Shown here: one piece after another, positions 26,267 to 36,344 of the stretch
How positions within the stretch are numbered: the stretch's first letter is position 1
How the letters are laid out: each line of letters starts with the position of its first letter
Assembly (NCBI GenBank): GCA_963736005.1
Contig: CAVTNB010000001.1
Coordinates: forward strand, 1,568,001-1,632,000
Source of the DNA: an uncultured Pseudomonadota bacterium
GTDB taxonomy: Bacteria > Vulcanimicrobiota > Vulcanimicrobiia > Eremiobacterales > Eremiobacteraceae
Direction of reading: 5' to 3'
Length of the DNA stretch: 64,000 nucleotides
Made by a program: the position numbers and the translations under genes
Notes under the pieces: model-generated
Databases searched by the model: none
What the model was told of the DNA's origin: nothing
Seen by the model: only the letters and a program-made list of their open reading frames with translations

Positions 26267-27235
26267 ATGAAACAAACGACTGCCTCAATGATGAACGCTC
26301 TTGTGGTCGATAGCTATGGCGATCCACGGAATGCCCGCATGGCCGAGGTCGAAACGCCGAAGGCGAAAGATGGTCAATTGCTCGTGCGGATACACGCTGC
26401 GGGCGTCAATCCATTTGACTATAAGTTAATCACCGGAATGGCCAAGGATTGGATGCCTCTCACCTTTCCGTATATTCCTGGCATGGACGGAGCCGGCATC
26501 GTTGCTGACGTGGGCGCCGGTGTGCAAGGTTGGCGCAGCGGCGATGCGCTGCTCGCGCAATTTCCCCGTGGGACGTTTGCACAATATGCAGTGATCTCTG
26601 CTAAGGATAAGAAGCTAGCGAGGAAGCCCGACGCATTAGACTTCGAGCATGCTGCCGCCATTCCCGAGGCGGGGCTAACGGCAAAGACGATGGTGCAAGC
26701 CGCCGGAATACATAAAGGGCAAAAAGTTTTGATTGTGGGTGCGAGCGGCGGTCTTGGACTCTTTGCGACACAATTGGCAAAGGCGGAGGGCGCTTGGGTG
26801 ATCGCGACAGGCACCGCTGCCGATGCTGATTACCTGCGACATCTCGGCGCGGATGTTATTATCGACTACAAATCTGGCGATACTATCGCCCAAACACTTT
26901 CGCGATATCCCGATGGCATCGACGTCGTGCTTGATGTGATTAGTACCGGCGACGCTGTTGTTCGCGACGCCGACGTCCTGCGCGCAGGCGGAACTATCGT
27001 GTCGTCGCTCGGTGGTCCAAGCCAAGACGCTTTCCCCGCGGGCGTGACAGTTCGCTACATTCAGCTAACGGCACAGGATGGCGATCTGGAGGAACTTGCA
27101 AGGCGCGCCGCAGACGGCACACTCCGCATAGAGATTGGGCAGATCTACGCCCTTTCGCAAGCGGCGCAGGCTTTGGCGGACCTGACCGATCCCGCAAAAC
27201 ACACGCGCGGCAAACTCGTCGTTCGCGTTCCGTAA
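26267..27235 (+). CDS. NADP-dependent MDR-family oxidoreductase
   Basis: AAGVNPFD, PGMDGAG, GASGGLG, RGKLVV. Confidence 0.9.
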   Translation: MKQTTASMMNALVVDSYGDPRNARMAEVETPKAKDGQLLVRIHAAGVNPFDYKLITGMAKDWMPLTFPYIPGMDGAGIVADVGAGVQGWRSGDALLAQFPRGTFAQYAVISAKDKKLARKPDALDFEHAAAIPEAGLTAKTMVQAAGIHKGQKVLIVGASGGLGLFATQLAKAEGAWVIATGTAADADYLRHLGADVIIDYKSGDTIAQTLSRYPDGIDVVLDVISTGDAVVRDADVLRAGGTIVSSLGGPSQDAFPAGVTVRYIQLTAQDGDLEELARRAADGTLRIEIGQIYALSQAAQALADLTDPAKHTRGKLVVRVP

Positions 27236-27254
27236 GGGTAGCACGAACGCAGCG

Positions 27255-28517
27255 CTAGCCGGTAAGCACGGACTTGAGGGCGCGCACCGTTTCGTCGACT
27301 TCCTCGATCGTGTTGTACTGCGCCAAGCCGATCCGCACGACGCCATCGTCTTCGTCGAGCCCAAGACTGCGCGCCACCTCCAGCGCAAAGTTGTGGCCCG
27401 ACCACACAAAGATGCCGCGTTTGGCAAGTTCGCGCGCAATGTCGGCAGACCGGCGCGAGGAGTGCGTCACCGAAACGGTTGGAACGCGATCCTCCATGTG
27501 GTCTGAGTCGGTGATACCTTGCACGGTGATGCCCGACAAAGCCGTGACACCGTCGATGAGCCGGCTTGTCAGCTCCCGTTCCCAAGTCGTAATCTGCTCG
27601 AACGCATTGACGATGCGTGCTCGCCTGTCTTGTGCAGGCGCGACAAGATTTCCAAGCCACTCAAAGTGCTCAACCGTTGCAATCGCCGCCGCCATCAATT
27701 CCAGTTGAGGAGTGCCAACCTCGAAGCGATCGGGAAGTTTGTCGGGAACCGGCCGGACCTTGTAGGCATACATATCGCGCAGCAAGTCTTCGCGACCCCA
27801 CAGCACCCCCAGGTGCGGACCGTAAAACTTGTAGGCAGAGCATGCCAGAAAATCGCAACCAAGAGCTGACGCGTCAATCAATCGGTGCGGTGCCAATTGG
27901 ACCGCATCGACGTACACCAGCGCTCCAGCCGCCCTGGCTTTGGCCGCCAGTGCCCGAACGTCATTGATCGACCCGGTGAGATTGCTTGCGTAGTTGAGCG
28001 CGACAACGCGGGTGCGCTCCGAGAGAATCGCGTCGAGTGCCTCCGGCTCTATTCGCCACGTGCTGTGATCAAACGGCAACCAGCGCACCACCATGCCGCG
28101 CTCCTCGGCCATCGCGAGCCACGGACCGATGTTGCCCTCGTGATCCATTCGGGTCAAGATCACTTCATCGCCGGGCCGAAATGTACGACCGAGACTGCGC
28201 GAAAACGTGTAGGTCAGACTCGTCATGCTCGGGCCGACGACGATTTCACGTTCGCTCCCAGCGCCGAGGAAGTCAGCGAGCGCACGGTACGCACCGTAAA
28301 ACATTTCGTCGGCTGCCAGGCTCGACGCAAAAAAGCCACCCAGATTTGCGTTGTTGACGCGAAAGAAGTGGTCGATCGCCTCTATCACCCGGCGCGGCAC
28401 TTGCGTGCCAGCCGGATTATCGAGATAGATCCGTGCCTGGCCATTATCGCCAACAGCAAGCGAAGGAAACTCCGCGCGGATCGACTCGATCGGAAACGTA
28501 CTCGTAAAAGACCTCAC
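27255..28517 (-). CDS. Cysteine desulfurase-like class V aminotransferase
   Basis: YLDNPAGTQVP, DHEGN, VDAVQ, CSAYKFYGPH. Confidence 0.9.
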   Translation of the reverse strand: MRSFTSTFPIESIRAEFPSLAVGDNGQARIYLDNPAGTQVPRRVIEAIDHFFRVNNANLGGFFASSLAADEMFYGAYRALADFLGAGSEREIVVGPSMTSLTYTFSRSLGRTFRPGDEVILTRMDHEGNIGPWLAMAEERGMVVRWLPFDHSTWRIEPEALDAILSERTRVVALNYASNLTGSINDVRALAAKARAAGALVYVDAVQLAPHRLIDASALGCDFLACSAYKFYGPHLGVLWGREDLLRDMYAYKVRPVPDKLPDRFEVGTPQLELMAAAIATVEHFEWLGNLVAPAQDRRARIVNAFEQITTWERELTSRLIDGVTALSGITVQGITDSDHMEDRVPTVSVTHSSRRSADIARELAKRGIFVWSGHNFALEVARSLGLDEDDGVVRIGLAQYNTIEEVDETVRALKSVLTG

Positions 28518-28549
28518 TGGACTAACCTCCGGGGTGCAGCCAATTTGCG

Positions 28550-30274
28550 GTGACGGGCGAGGTCGCCTCTAGATCGTTCGTGAATCCTCTTGCTAGCATG
28601 TCAAGGCGCAATGTGCCCACATCATCACGCGCTTCTCGGCAACTGGGTTATCTTGGTGCCGTTGCTGCCCTTGTTGCGGTGCTCGCAGGGTGCACCAAGG
28701 TTCAAACCAGCGTGGGCGGTCACACAGGCAATTCCTGGACAGTGCACGGGGTCTTGCGCGTGGGTTCCTATGAGGACCTTGACACCCTCAACCCGATTCT
28801 TTCCATTCAGCAGTTTGTGAGCGACGTTTCGCAGATGGTGTATTCGGGTTTGATCGATTACGATGACCACGGCAACGCGGTCCCTGACGTTGCACTTGTT
28901 GTGCCGACGGAGGCGAACGGGGGTATCAGCCCCGATGGACGGATAGTCACGTATCACTTGCGCCGCGGCGTAAAGTTCTCCGATGGCGTGCCGTTGACGA
29001 GTGCGGATGTTAAGTATACGTGGCAGCAGATCATGAATCCCAACAACAACGTTGGATACCGCTATCCTTACGACGATGTGGCCTCTATCGACACACCGGA
29101 TGACGCCACCGTCGTCGTGCACCTCAAAGCGCCCCTGGCGGCATTTGTCACGGCGTTCATGTGCAACGGCACTCTCGGCTCCATCGTGCCCAAGCATCTG
29201 CTCGCGCAGTATGCCGACCTCAACCACGTGGCGTTCAACACAAAACCGATTGGGAGCGGCCCATTCGTCGTAGAGCGTTGGGAGCCGGGATCGCTTTTGA
29301 CGCTGCGGGCGAATCCTTTGTATTGGCGCGGGCCGCCCAAGCTCCATAAAATTCTCTACCGGATCATTCCCAATCAAAACACACTGTTGATGAATGTCCT
29401 GGCCCACGATGTTGACCTCTACTACGACGCGCCCGAAGTCCAATTCGCAACTCTCAACAAGCTCAACGGATACCGGGTTACGCACGTGCCCAACATGAAC
29501 TACGAAGAAATCGTCTTCAATTGCGCGCGCTCGCCGTTCACGGACGTTCGAGTGCGCCAAGCAGTTGCATACGCGATTGATTGGCAAGTGCTGGTTCGCG
29601 ACGTTTATTTCGGGCTCGACCCGCCTGGAATGGCAGACACTCCCCCAGCTTCGTGGGCCTACGACCAAAGCGTCCTTCCCTACCCACACGATCTCTCGAA
29701 GGCGCGCGCGCTTCTGCGCGCCGCAGGATGGATTTCTGATTCGAGCGGTGCGGTGGTTCGCAATGGACAGCCGCTACGGGTCGATATGGTCACCGTCGCG
29801 GGCATAACATCACGGGCAAAGGTGGAAGAGCTCGTTCAGCAAGACTTGCGGGCCGTCGGCATCGCGCTCGACATTCACAACTATCCGGCCGATCTAATAT
29901 TTGCCAGCTACGGCTCGGGCGGTATCTTGGCGCGCGGGCAATTCGACCTCGCGCTGTACGGGTGGACATATTCCTATCCGGACCCTGACGACACGGTCAC
30001 CCTTGGACCGGGCGACGTCCCTCCGCATGGAGACAACTATGCGCACTTCGTCGACGCGAAGATTGGGGCATGGCAGCAAGCTGGACAACTCAGCTACGAT
30101 CGGACGAAGCGGCGGCCATACTACGTGCTCATCCAGCACCGCATCCACGACGTCGTGCCGTTTCACACCATCGTCTGGCGTTCCAACTTCGACGCGGTCA
30201 ACACCGACCTGCAGAATTTCAAGCCGGTACCGGTCGTCAGCGACTTTTGGAACTCATGGGAATGGCAGATCTAG
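28550..30274 (+). CDS. Peptide ABC transporter substrate-binding lipoprotein (family 5)
   Basis: Lipobox LAGC; TLNP, KFSDGVPLTSADV, IGSGPF, DVRVRQA. Confidence 0.9.
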   Translation: MTGEVASRSFVNPLASMSRRNVPTSSRASRQLGYLGAVAALVAVLAGCTKVQTSVGGHTGNSWTVHGVLRVGSYEDLDTLNPILSIQQFVSDVSQMVYSGLIDYDDHGNAVPDVALVVPTEANGGISPDGRIVTYHLRRGVKFSDGVPLTSADVKYTWQQIMNPNNNVGYRYPYDDVASIDTPDDATVVVHLKAPLAAFVTAFMCNGTLGSIVPKHLLAQYADLNHVAFNTKPIGSGPFVVERWEPGSLLTLRANPLYWRGPPKLHKILYRIIPNQNTLLMNVLAHDVDLYYDAPEVQFATLNKLNGYRVTHVPNMNYEEIVFNCARSPFTDVRVRQAVAYAIDWQVLVRDVYFGLDPPGMADTPPASWAYDQSVLPYPHDLSKARALLRAAGWISDSSGAVVRNGQPLRVDMVTVAGITSRAKVEELVQQDLRAVGIALDIHNYPADLIFASYGSGGILARGQFDLALYGWTYSYPDPDDTVTLGPGDVPPHGDNYAHFVDAKIGAWQQAGQLSYDRTKRRPYYVLIQHRIHDVVPFHTIVWRSNFDAVNTDLQNFKPVPVVSDFWNSWEWQI

Positions 30275-30381
30275 GCAGTTTTCGAATGCTAAGATTGGCT
30301 TTGACGTCCGGTTTGACGCCACGGCCAACCCAAAGACTCTTCCGCGGTCGTGGACACCAACGTATGGATATCGGCGCTCCC

Positions 30382-30846
30382 CTACTTGAAGAGGCGCTGA
30401 TCAATCGTCACCGGCTGAGGCCGGCCGACTCTGATCCTGCGAAAAGCGGCGTGCTCGGGATTGAGCAGATAGTTGAGTTCCAAAGGGACGATGGCAGACG
30501 GAACCTTGAGGACGGCCGTCTTCCCTCGTTTGATCCAATCGTCGCCAAATTCGCGCAAGACTTCCACTGGCGGATCGTAACGCTGCCAATGTTTCGGTAG
30601 CCGGGTGAGGGCGACCGTCTCGCTGGTAAGATCGTCAGGAACATCTGCCCAAATGGACATAATCTCCCGCGGCGCATGCAGCAAGCTGGTGTGAACGAGA
30701 TATTCGAGGGTTGCCAGGGCCAGCGTGTCGCTCGTATAGACGACGCGGACGCCGGAACTGTTCCAGCGTCCGCCGGCAAGACGTGCGCCTTCGCCCGTGA
30801 AGGCGTCAGGCAGGCGCCTTCGTCTGACAAGCCGCCAGACCCGCAC
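30382..30846 (-). CDS. RES-domain toxin
   Basis: GEGARLAGGRWN, YTS, LE, VPSAIVP, NYLLNP. Confidence 0.92.
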   Translation of the reverse strand: MRVWRLVRRRRLPDAFTGEGARLAGGRWNSSGVRVVYTSDTLALATLEYLVHTSLLHAPREIMSIWADVPDDLTSETVALTRLPKHWQRYDPPVEVLREFGDDWIKRGKTAVLKVPSAIVPLELNYLLNPEHAAFRRIRVGRPQPVTIDQRLFK

Positions 30847-31259
30847 TAACTGACGCCACCATAGTCGAGGCGAGTGAGCACTTGCTCCACCCGGCGCAAG
30901 CCCGAGTCGGTATCCAAGAATTCGACCGGCGCCTTCCCGCCGAGCGCGACGATGGGATCATGCAACCAGGCGATGACGGCATTGCGCCGGTTCTGAAAGA
31001 CTTCGAGCGCGAGCGTGAGGACGCGCGCGAGGCGCACTGCTCGATCAGATTCAACTGCATTCAACTTGCCTCGGCCACGTTTGCGCGCGAGCGTGCGGCT
31101 CGACACGCCGAGCGCGGCCGCCAGCTGTTGATGGTTCAGCCCGCCAGCTTCCGCCAGGCGCAACGCTGAGGCCGCCGGCAGCCCTTTGCGGGTGACGTCG
31201 ATGAGGTCAGGTTCCTGGCTGACAACTCCGAGAACCCGCGCGATGGATGCATTGGTCAT
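30846..31259 (-). CDS. Xre/MbcA/ParS antitoxin
   Basis: GVSSRTLAR, ESDRAVRLA, WL..P..ALGGKAP. Confidence 0.92.
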   Translation of the reverse strand: MTNASIARVLGVVSQEPDLIDVTRKGLPAASALRLAEAGGLNHQQLAAALGVSSRTLARKRGRGKLNAVESDRAVRLARVLTLALEVFQNRRNAVIAWLHDPIVALGGKAPVEFLDTDSGLRRVEQVLTRLDYGGVS

Positions 31260-31265
31260 GTCGCT

Positions 31266-31298
31266 GACAATTGTCCCATGAATTTAGACAATTGTCAA
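31266..31298 (-). promoter_or_regulatory. xre-res promoter with twin palindromic operators
   Basis: TTGACA-17-GACAAT overlapped by two perfect GACAATTGTC palindromes (31266-31275, 31287-31296). Confidence 0.75.
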
Positions 31299-31426
31299 GT
31301 CGACGACGAACATATGACATCCCTTCTTGCGTCAGGGTTTCGCGCCTGCCACGAAGGCAGGCGCGGGTGAGAGCATCTTGACAACCGAACGTTTTGAAAT
31401 CTCGATGTGATTTAACGGAGATCATT

Positions 31427-31807
31427 ATGACGGGCAAAGCGAGCGGGTTCGGTGCACTTGTTTTGTTTTCAGCGAACCTCGATCGCGCGGTTGCATTCTA
31501 TCGGGCAATTGGCATACCGCTCGACACAGAGCAGCACGACGACGGACCTCCGCACTATGCGTGCGAGCTGGGCGACACGCATTTCGCTGTTTTCCCCGCG
31601 CCGACGGGCACCGCACCCCCCTACCGCGCTGGTGGTTGTACCTTTCCAGGTTTCGTGGTCGAATCGGTGGTGGAGTCTCTCAATGCTGCGAGGTTGCTTG
31701 AGGCGCCCGTCCGACAAGAGCCCGAGCACTACGCATGGGGACTACGTGCGGTCATCGAGGATCCGGACGGCCGCCCCATTGAGATCTTCGAGCGACCTAC
31801 CCCTTGA
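31427..31807 (+). CDS. VOC/glyoxalase family protein
   Basis: NLDRAVAFY, WGLRAVIEDPDGRPIE. Confidence 0.88.
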   Translation: MTGKASGFGALVLFSANLDRAVAFYRAIGIPLDTEQHDDGPPHYACELGDTHFAVFPAPTGTAPPYRAGGCTFPGFVVESVVESLNAARLLEAPVRQEPEHYAWGLRAVIEDPDGRPIEIFERPTP

Positions 31808-32735
31808 TGAGCGATTCCATTTGTGATGCGGCCTCCCGCTGAAGAGTGGGGACGGCGCGGGTGTAGACATCAAGCGTCATCTGAGCGCTGGAGTGGCCGA
31901 GGCGCTCAGATACCACCTTCACATTGATGCCGCTCGAAAGAGCGAGTGTAGCGGAAGTGTGCCTGAGGTCGTGAAATCGGACGCGCGTGATACCAGCTTC
32001 CTTTAAGAGTGGTTGAAACACGCCGCGCACAAAGCGATCTTTGGCGAGTGGCTCGCCATCACGATCGACAAAGACCCAAGGAGCATCTGGCTGGTGATGC
32101 TTGTGTTGCAGCAGCACCTTGCAGAGCGCGTCCCCGATATCGATGCGTCGTTTTCGGGAAGACTTCGGGGGTAATAAGACCACTCTCCCTTGATCATCTC
32201 GCGCGAGCGAGACTCGAACAAAAAGAGAAGACGTCTCGAAATCGATCGCGTCCCAGCACAAGCCGAAGATCTCACCTTGACGCATGCCTGTGGCGAGCGC
32301 CAGGAAGAGGAGGAGGTAGTAATCACCTTTCTTAGCTGCCTGCAGGAGGCGCCTTACTTCTTGCACGTCGAGAACTCGCCGCTCGCGGGTTTCATGGCGC
32401 GGCTTGTCTTTTCGAAAACATGGGTTGACGGTGATGAGCTCATCTTCAATGGCTTCAGCAAACACCTGACGCAACACCCGAAAGATCAGCTGACGCATGC
32501 GCGAGCCGACGTCCTCGCCAAGCCGATCCAGCACTTCACGCACGTGTCTGCGCTTGACGAGTCGGACGTGAAGGCCACCAACAAGAGGGATAAGATGCTT
32601 GCGAACGAGCCCTTCATACAGTTGGTACGTCTTGTAGCGACGCGTCTTGCGAATACGTTCAACCCACGCTTCCAAGTACGCGGCCAGAGTCAGCTTTCGG
32701 TTCAATACACGGTCCTCGATGGGACCGTCACGCAA
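31797..32735 (-). mobile_element. Phage/ICE-type tyrosine integrase, N-terminally truncated
   Basis: TGMRQGE, FHDLRHT, RLGHS, VY catalytic residues; no arm-binding N-terminus. Confidence 0.88.
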
Positions 32736-32756
32736 GATGGGGAAAAATCAAGAGCG

Positions 32757-34391
32757 CTAGGTGTGAAAACTGACGGCTTCGACCAAGCTGCTCACCGGCA
32801 GCGAGAACTTTCCGTTGCTGCACGGTATTGTCGTTACGGTTTTAGCGCCGTTGTCCCCGAACTGCGTTAGGGTGACGCTCGCTACGGACGACGGCAATGT
32901 TAGGGTCAACGTTTCCGTTGTTGGAGCTAGATCTGTATCGGTTGTCCAGTCCCACTGCAGCGTGCCGAGCCAAGGAACCAGGATGTACGTTCCGTTGGAC
33001 TTCTGAAAAAGATCTTGCCACAGCTTTCCCGTCGTGTCGCCGGTCAACGTGTAGGCGAGCGGCGTCTGCGGTGAGATTCCAGTGTCGGCGAAATACGACA
33101 TGAGCTGCATGAGGCGCGTCCATGCAGGCTTAGGGTTGTAGCTCGCATCGAGCAGGCCGTAACATTCCAACGCCGTCGTGATACCATCGCATTGCGAGGT
33201 CGGGTAGTCGAAGAGCTCGTAGAAATAGACGCGCGAGATATTGATTCCTGGATTGAGACGGAATAAAATCTGACGCCCGATGTAGCGTTCTTGAGCGAGC
33301 CGTGATTCGCCAGCGTATTCCGTATACGGTGGCCCGGTGGTATAGCCGGTCTCCGTTGTGACAATCGGCGCCCCGCCGCCCACCGTTCGCTCGCTCGACA
33401 TACCGGATTGCGTGTCCCCGTTCTCAGGATTGTTTGGCGTTGCGTAGTCGTGGAGGGCGCCCTTAGTGATGTAGGCCGAATCGTCGGGGAACCCCGAATA
33501 GTTTGCAAAGGCAGCGGCCGGACCATAGACATCGACTCCCGTGGATCGCAAGGTGGAGATTTCCGGCGTCCAAATATTAAGCACCCCCGGAGCCCACGGA
33601 TAACTCACTCCGGACGTTCCGTAGATGGTGCAATTCCCACCGCCATCGTTGCATTCGTTTGGCCCTTCATAGGCATCAATCGCGCTTGCGGCCAGGCCGA
33701 CATTGGACGGATAGCCCGACGTGCAACCGCCTGCACCCCCGTTGCAACCACTGGTGCCGGTCGTCCAACCCATCCAGGGGTTCGTGAGTATGTCCATCTT
33801 TTTTCCCGCCGCCGCCAACTGATTGAAGCGCGCGGCGTAGTTTCCGGTACACCAAGGTTCGGCTGTGCCGTAGTTGCAAAAGCCGAAGCGCAGGTGGATG
33901 ATAGACGAATTGATGAGCGCGGGGGACCAACGGGCGTAGTCGGTATCCCAGACCGTATTGTGATATTCTAAATGTAGGTTCACGCCGACAGCGTCGTTGA
34001 ATGCCGCCGCCGCGAGTGGGGTCACCCCCGAGGGGACGGGCGTCGGCGTTGGATCTGGTGTTGGTGTCGCCGTTGGTGGGGGTGTCGGCGTTGGGGTCGG
34101 ATGGAGTGTCGGTGTCGCCGTTGGTACCGGTGTCGGCGTTTGCGTGGGGTCGGTCGTTGGAGTTGACGTGGGCGCAGGTGAGTGCGTCGGCGTTGAGGTG
34201 GGCCGCGCTGTTGGACTCTGCGAAGGCCTGGGGGTAGGGGGATCCGTTGCCGTCGATGTCGGCAATGGTGACGGTGTCGGAGTGCTGTGGGGGGCGATCG
34301 TGCGCAACGGCGTTGGAACGGCAGAAACTGCGGAAGAACCACCGCAGCCGCACATGAAGGCAGCGATCAAACTCATGAGTGCAGCGCACAC
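32757..34391 (-). CDS. Secreted/lipoprotein clan GH-A-like glycoside hydrolase with Pro-Thr linker
   Basis: Cys lipobox-like start; PT repeats; AYEGPNE and VTTETGY candidate catalytic glutamates. Confidence 0.6.
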   Translation of the reverse strand: MCAALMSLIAAFMCGCGGSSAVSAVPTPLRTIAPHSTPTPSPLPTSTATDPPTPRPSQSPTARPTSTPTHSPAPTSTPTTDPTQTPTPVPTATPTLHPTPTPTPPPTATPTPDPTPTPVPSGVTPLAAAAFNDAVGVNLHLEYHNTVWDTDYARWSPALINSSIIHLRFGFCNYGTAEPWCTGNYAARFNQLAAAGKKMDILTNPWMGWTTGTSGCNGGAGGCTSGYPSNVGLAASAIDAYEGPNECNDGGGNCTIYGTSGVSYPWAPGVLNIWTPEISTLRSTGVDVYGPAAAFANYSGFPDDSAYITKGALHDYATPNNPENGDTQSGMSSERTVGGGAPIVTTETGYTTGPPYTEYAGESRLAQERYIGRQILFRLNPGINISRVYFYELFDYPTSQCDGITTALECYGLLDASYNPKPAWTRLMQLMSYFADTGISPQTPLAYTLTGDTTGKLWQDLFQKSNGTYILVPWLGTLQWDWTTDTDLAPTTETLTLTLPSSVASVTLTQFGDNGAKTVTTIPCSNGKFSLPVSSLVEAVSFHT

Positions 34392-34748
34392 GCTTATACT
34401 TGCTCTAGAGATATGCAGACCGACTTCTCCAGCGAGCCCTGCTATTACGCAATGAAGCCGTTCATATCGAATGGCTACTTACGCATCGTATACGGCTATG
34501 TGCAGGCTGGCTGTGAGCACGCTCACTCGTACTTGAGGCAGTCGCAAGCGAGCATCGGCAACTGTATCACGAAACACGCCGTAGTAACCTCAGGCGCGCA
34601 TCGCTGATGGTCACGGAAACCATGGCCGTGAACACCAGATTTCAGCAATCCATGAGTTAGACCGCCATCTCTTCAATTCCCGGCTGGGGAGGCTCCAGCG
34701 TTACAGGCGGCGTCGCTCAAGTCTCTTGACAAACAAACCTGTGCGGAC

Positions 34749-36293
34749 CTAGAGGGGGGAGCCTCGCTCAACAGTCGTGAGCCAGCGCTGTTTCCGAACA
34801 GGCTCTACTCCGCTCAAAAGTAAGCTGCAGCTAAACCACAGCGTCAGGGCGACGCCGCACCACGTCGGCAGTTTGCGCAACAGGTAGTAGGAGACCGGAG
34901 TGTGGTCACGTGTTGCTGCGGTATTGTTCACCTCTTCGGCTTCGAACGAAGCAATAGCGTTGGCATGGTGAACAACATTGATGTTTGCGAGGCGTGCCGC
35001 CTCATCGGCAGGACGAAAAGCGAGCGAGAGCGCTATGAGCGCAGCGATCAGCGTGGTGACGATGGCCGCGCTGGTTGCCGCTGTTCGGATGCCCGCCACG
35101 CGCGCGGGAAAGAAAACCACGCACCACGCGGCTGTGAGCATGAGGAGCATTGAGGAGAGAGCTGTTAGGCCAGCTAGCTTTATGGAGGGGAACGGTACCG
35201 TGAGCAATGCGGCGGCGAGCAGAGGAGTAACCAAGATGCGAGTTCGGGATGCCAACACGATAGCGGCTAACAGCGCCACACTGACTTGGTTCATGTGAAC
35301 ATACGTGCCGCCGAATACCGCGAACGCCGCGGGAAGCAAGATAACCGCACCGGTCGCAAGCACACGTTGCCCGGACCGGGCGAGAACGAATAAACAGAGG
35401 GCGAGTAAGACGACGAAGGAGATGCTTCCCGCCACGAGTGCGATCGGCGCGCTTGCGCCCAACGCATGAAGCAGCCATGTGAGGCTGTATTGAAACGGAG
35501 CGTTGAGTTCCGCGCGCGCTTGGATCTGCAGGACAGAAAGGTACTCAATCATGCCGTGCCATCCAACTGCTACGATGCCACACAACGCCAGAGCCGCGAC
35601 GATCATGGTGAGCATGAACCGAGCGCGCGGAACAAAAAGGAATGTTGCGATGACAATCGGGAGGCCGAACTGTGGTTGAATGAGTGCCACCGTGGCCGCA
35701 AGCGCCGCCCGTCGTTGCTTACCTAGTCGTAAGAGGAGCGCCGCCGCCGCCACAGCTGCAATGGCGAGCGGCGCCAACTGTCCATATGGTGCCGCTCCGT
35801 AGGTAACTCCCACAAAAGCGACCGCGAAGGCTGCGATCAGCGGCAGCGCGGACATGCGAGCCAGGCAATACCCGATCACCCCTGTCGCGCACAGCAAAAG
35901 AAACCCAAAGATCATAACTGCGACCCGCGCGGGTACTGTAGCGAGCGCAGCCAGGGGGATAAAGTCATAGCCGGGCAGCGGTGCGGCATTGACCCCTTGT
36001 TGCAGCTCGGTTTTCCAGCGGGGATCGATGCTTGCAAGCTGGCGTTCGCAGCCGAGCAGCGGCCCGACACGATAGGGATCTTGACGATGCAAGACGACCT
36101 GGCCGGCACAGTAAAAAGCCCCAAGGTCCTCCGGAACAAAAGCAGTTGTCGCGTAGGCGCGCAAGTGCCCAACAAGGATAAACGCGGTTAGGATGGCGAG
36201 CATCACGAGAAAAAGCCTCTCGACGAGAGAGCCGCCCTGTGCTGCGATCTCCCCTTCCGCATGGACGCTATTACCAATTTCCGCGAGACTCAC
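34749..36293 (-). CDS. GT87-like integral membrane glycosyltransferase
   Basis: EDLGAFYCAG..DPY, APLP, GQ and QPQ motifs; many TM helices. Confidence 0.7.
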   Translation of the reverse strand: MSLAEIGNSVHAEGEIAAQGGSLVERLFLVMLAILTAFILVGHLRAYATTAFVPEDLGAFYCAGQVVLHRQDPYRVGPLLGCERQLASIDPRWKTELQQGVNAAPLPGYDFIPLAALATVPARVAVMIFGFLLLCATGVIGYCLARMSALPLIAAFAVAFVGVTYGAAPYGQLAPLAIAAVAAAALLLRLGKQRRAALAATVALIQPQFGLPIVIATFLFVPRARFMLTMIVAALALCGIVAVGWHGMIEYLSVLQIQARAELNAPFQYSLTWLLHALGASAPIALVAGSISFVVLLALCLFVLARSGQRVLATGAVILLPAAFAVFGGTYVHMNQVSVALLAAIVLASRTRILVTPLLAAALLTVPFPSIKLAGLTALSSMLLMLTAAWCVVFFPARVAGIRTAATSAAIVTTLIAALIALSLAFRPADEAARLANINVVHHANAIASFEAEEVNNTAATRDHTPVSYYLLRKLPTWCGVALTLWFSCSLLLSGVEPVRKQRWLTTVERGSPL

Positions 36294-36344
36294 TTCACGA
36301 CTCCGACCATCGCGTGTCCAACAAACTTACGGGCTCCACCTGAG

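Noticed and set aside
11892..31365. Integron cassette array
   Set aside because: The palindromes are much shorter than attC sites and lack RYYYAAC/GTTRRRY ends, genes lie on both strands, and the integrase is not IntI-like.
34440..34745. Riboswitch or ncRNA upstream of the PT-repeat gene
   Set aside because: Only a short TCACGG/CCGTGA inverted repeat is present; no recognisable aptamer, terminator or second copy.
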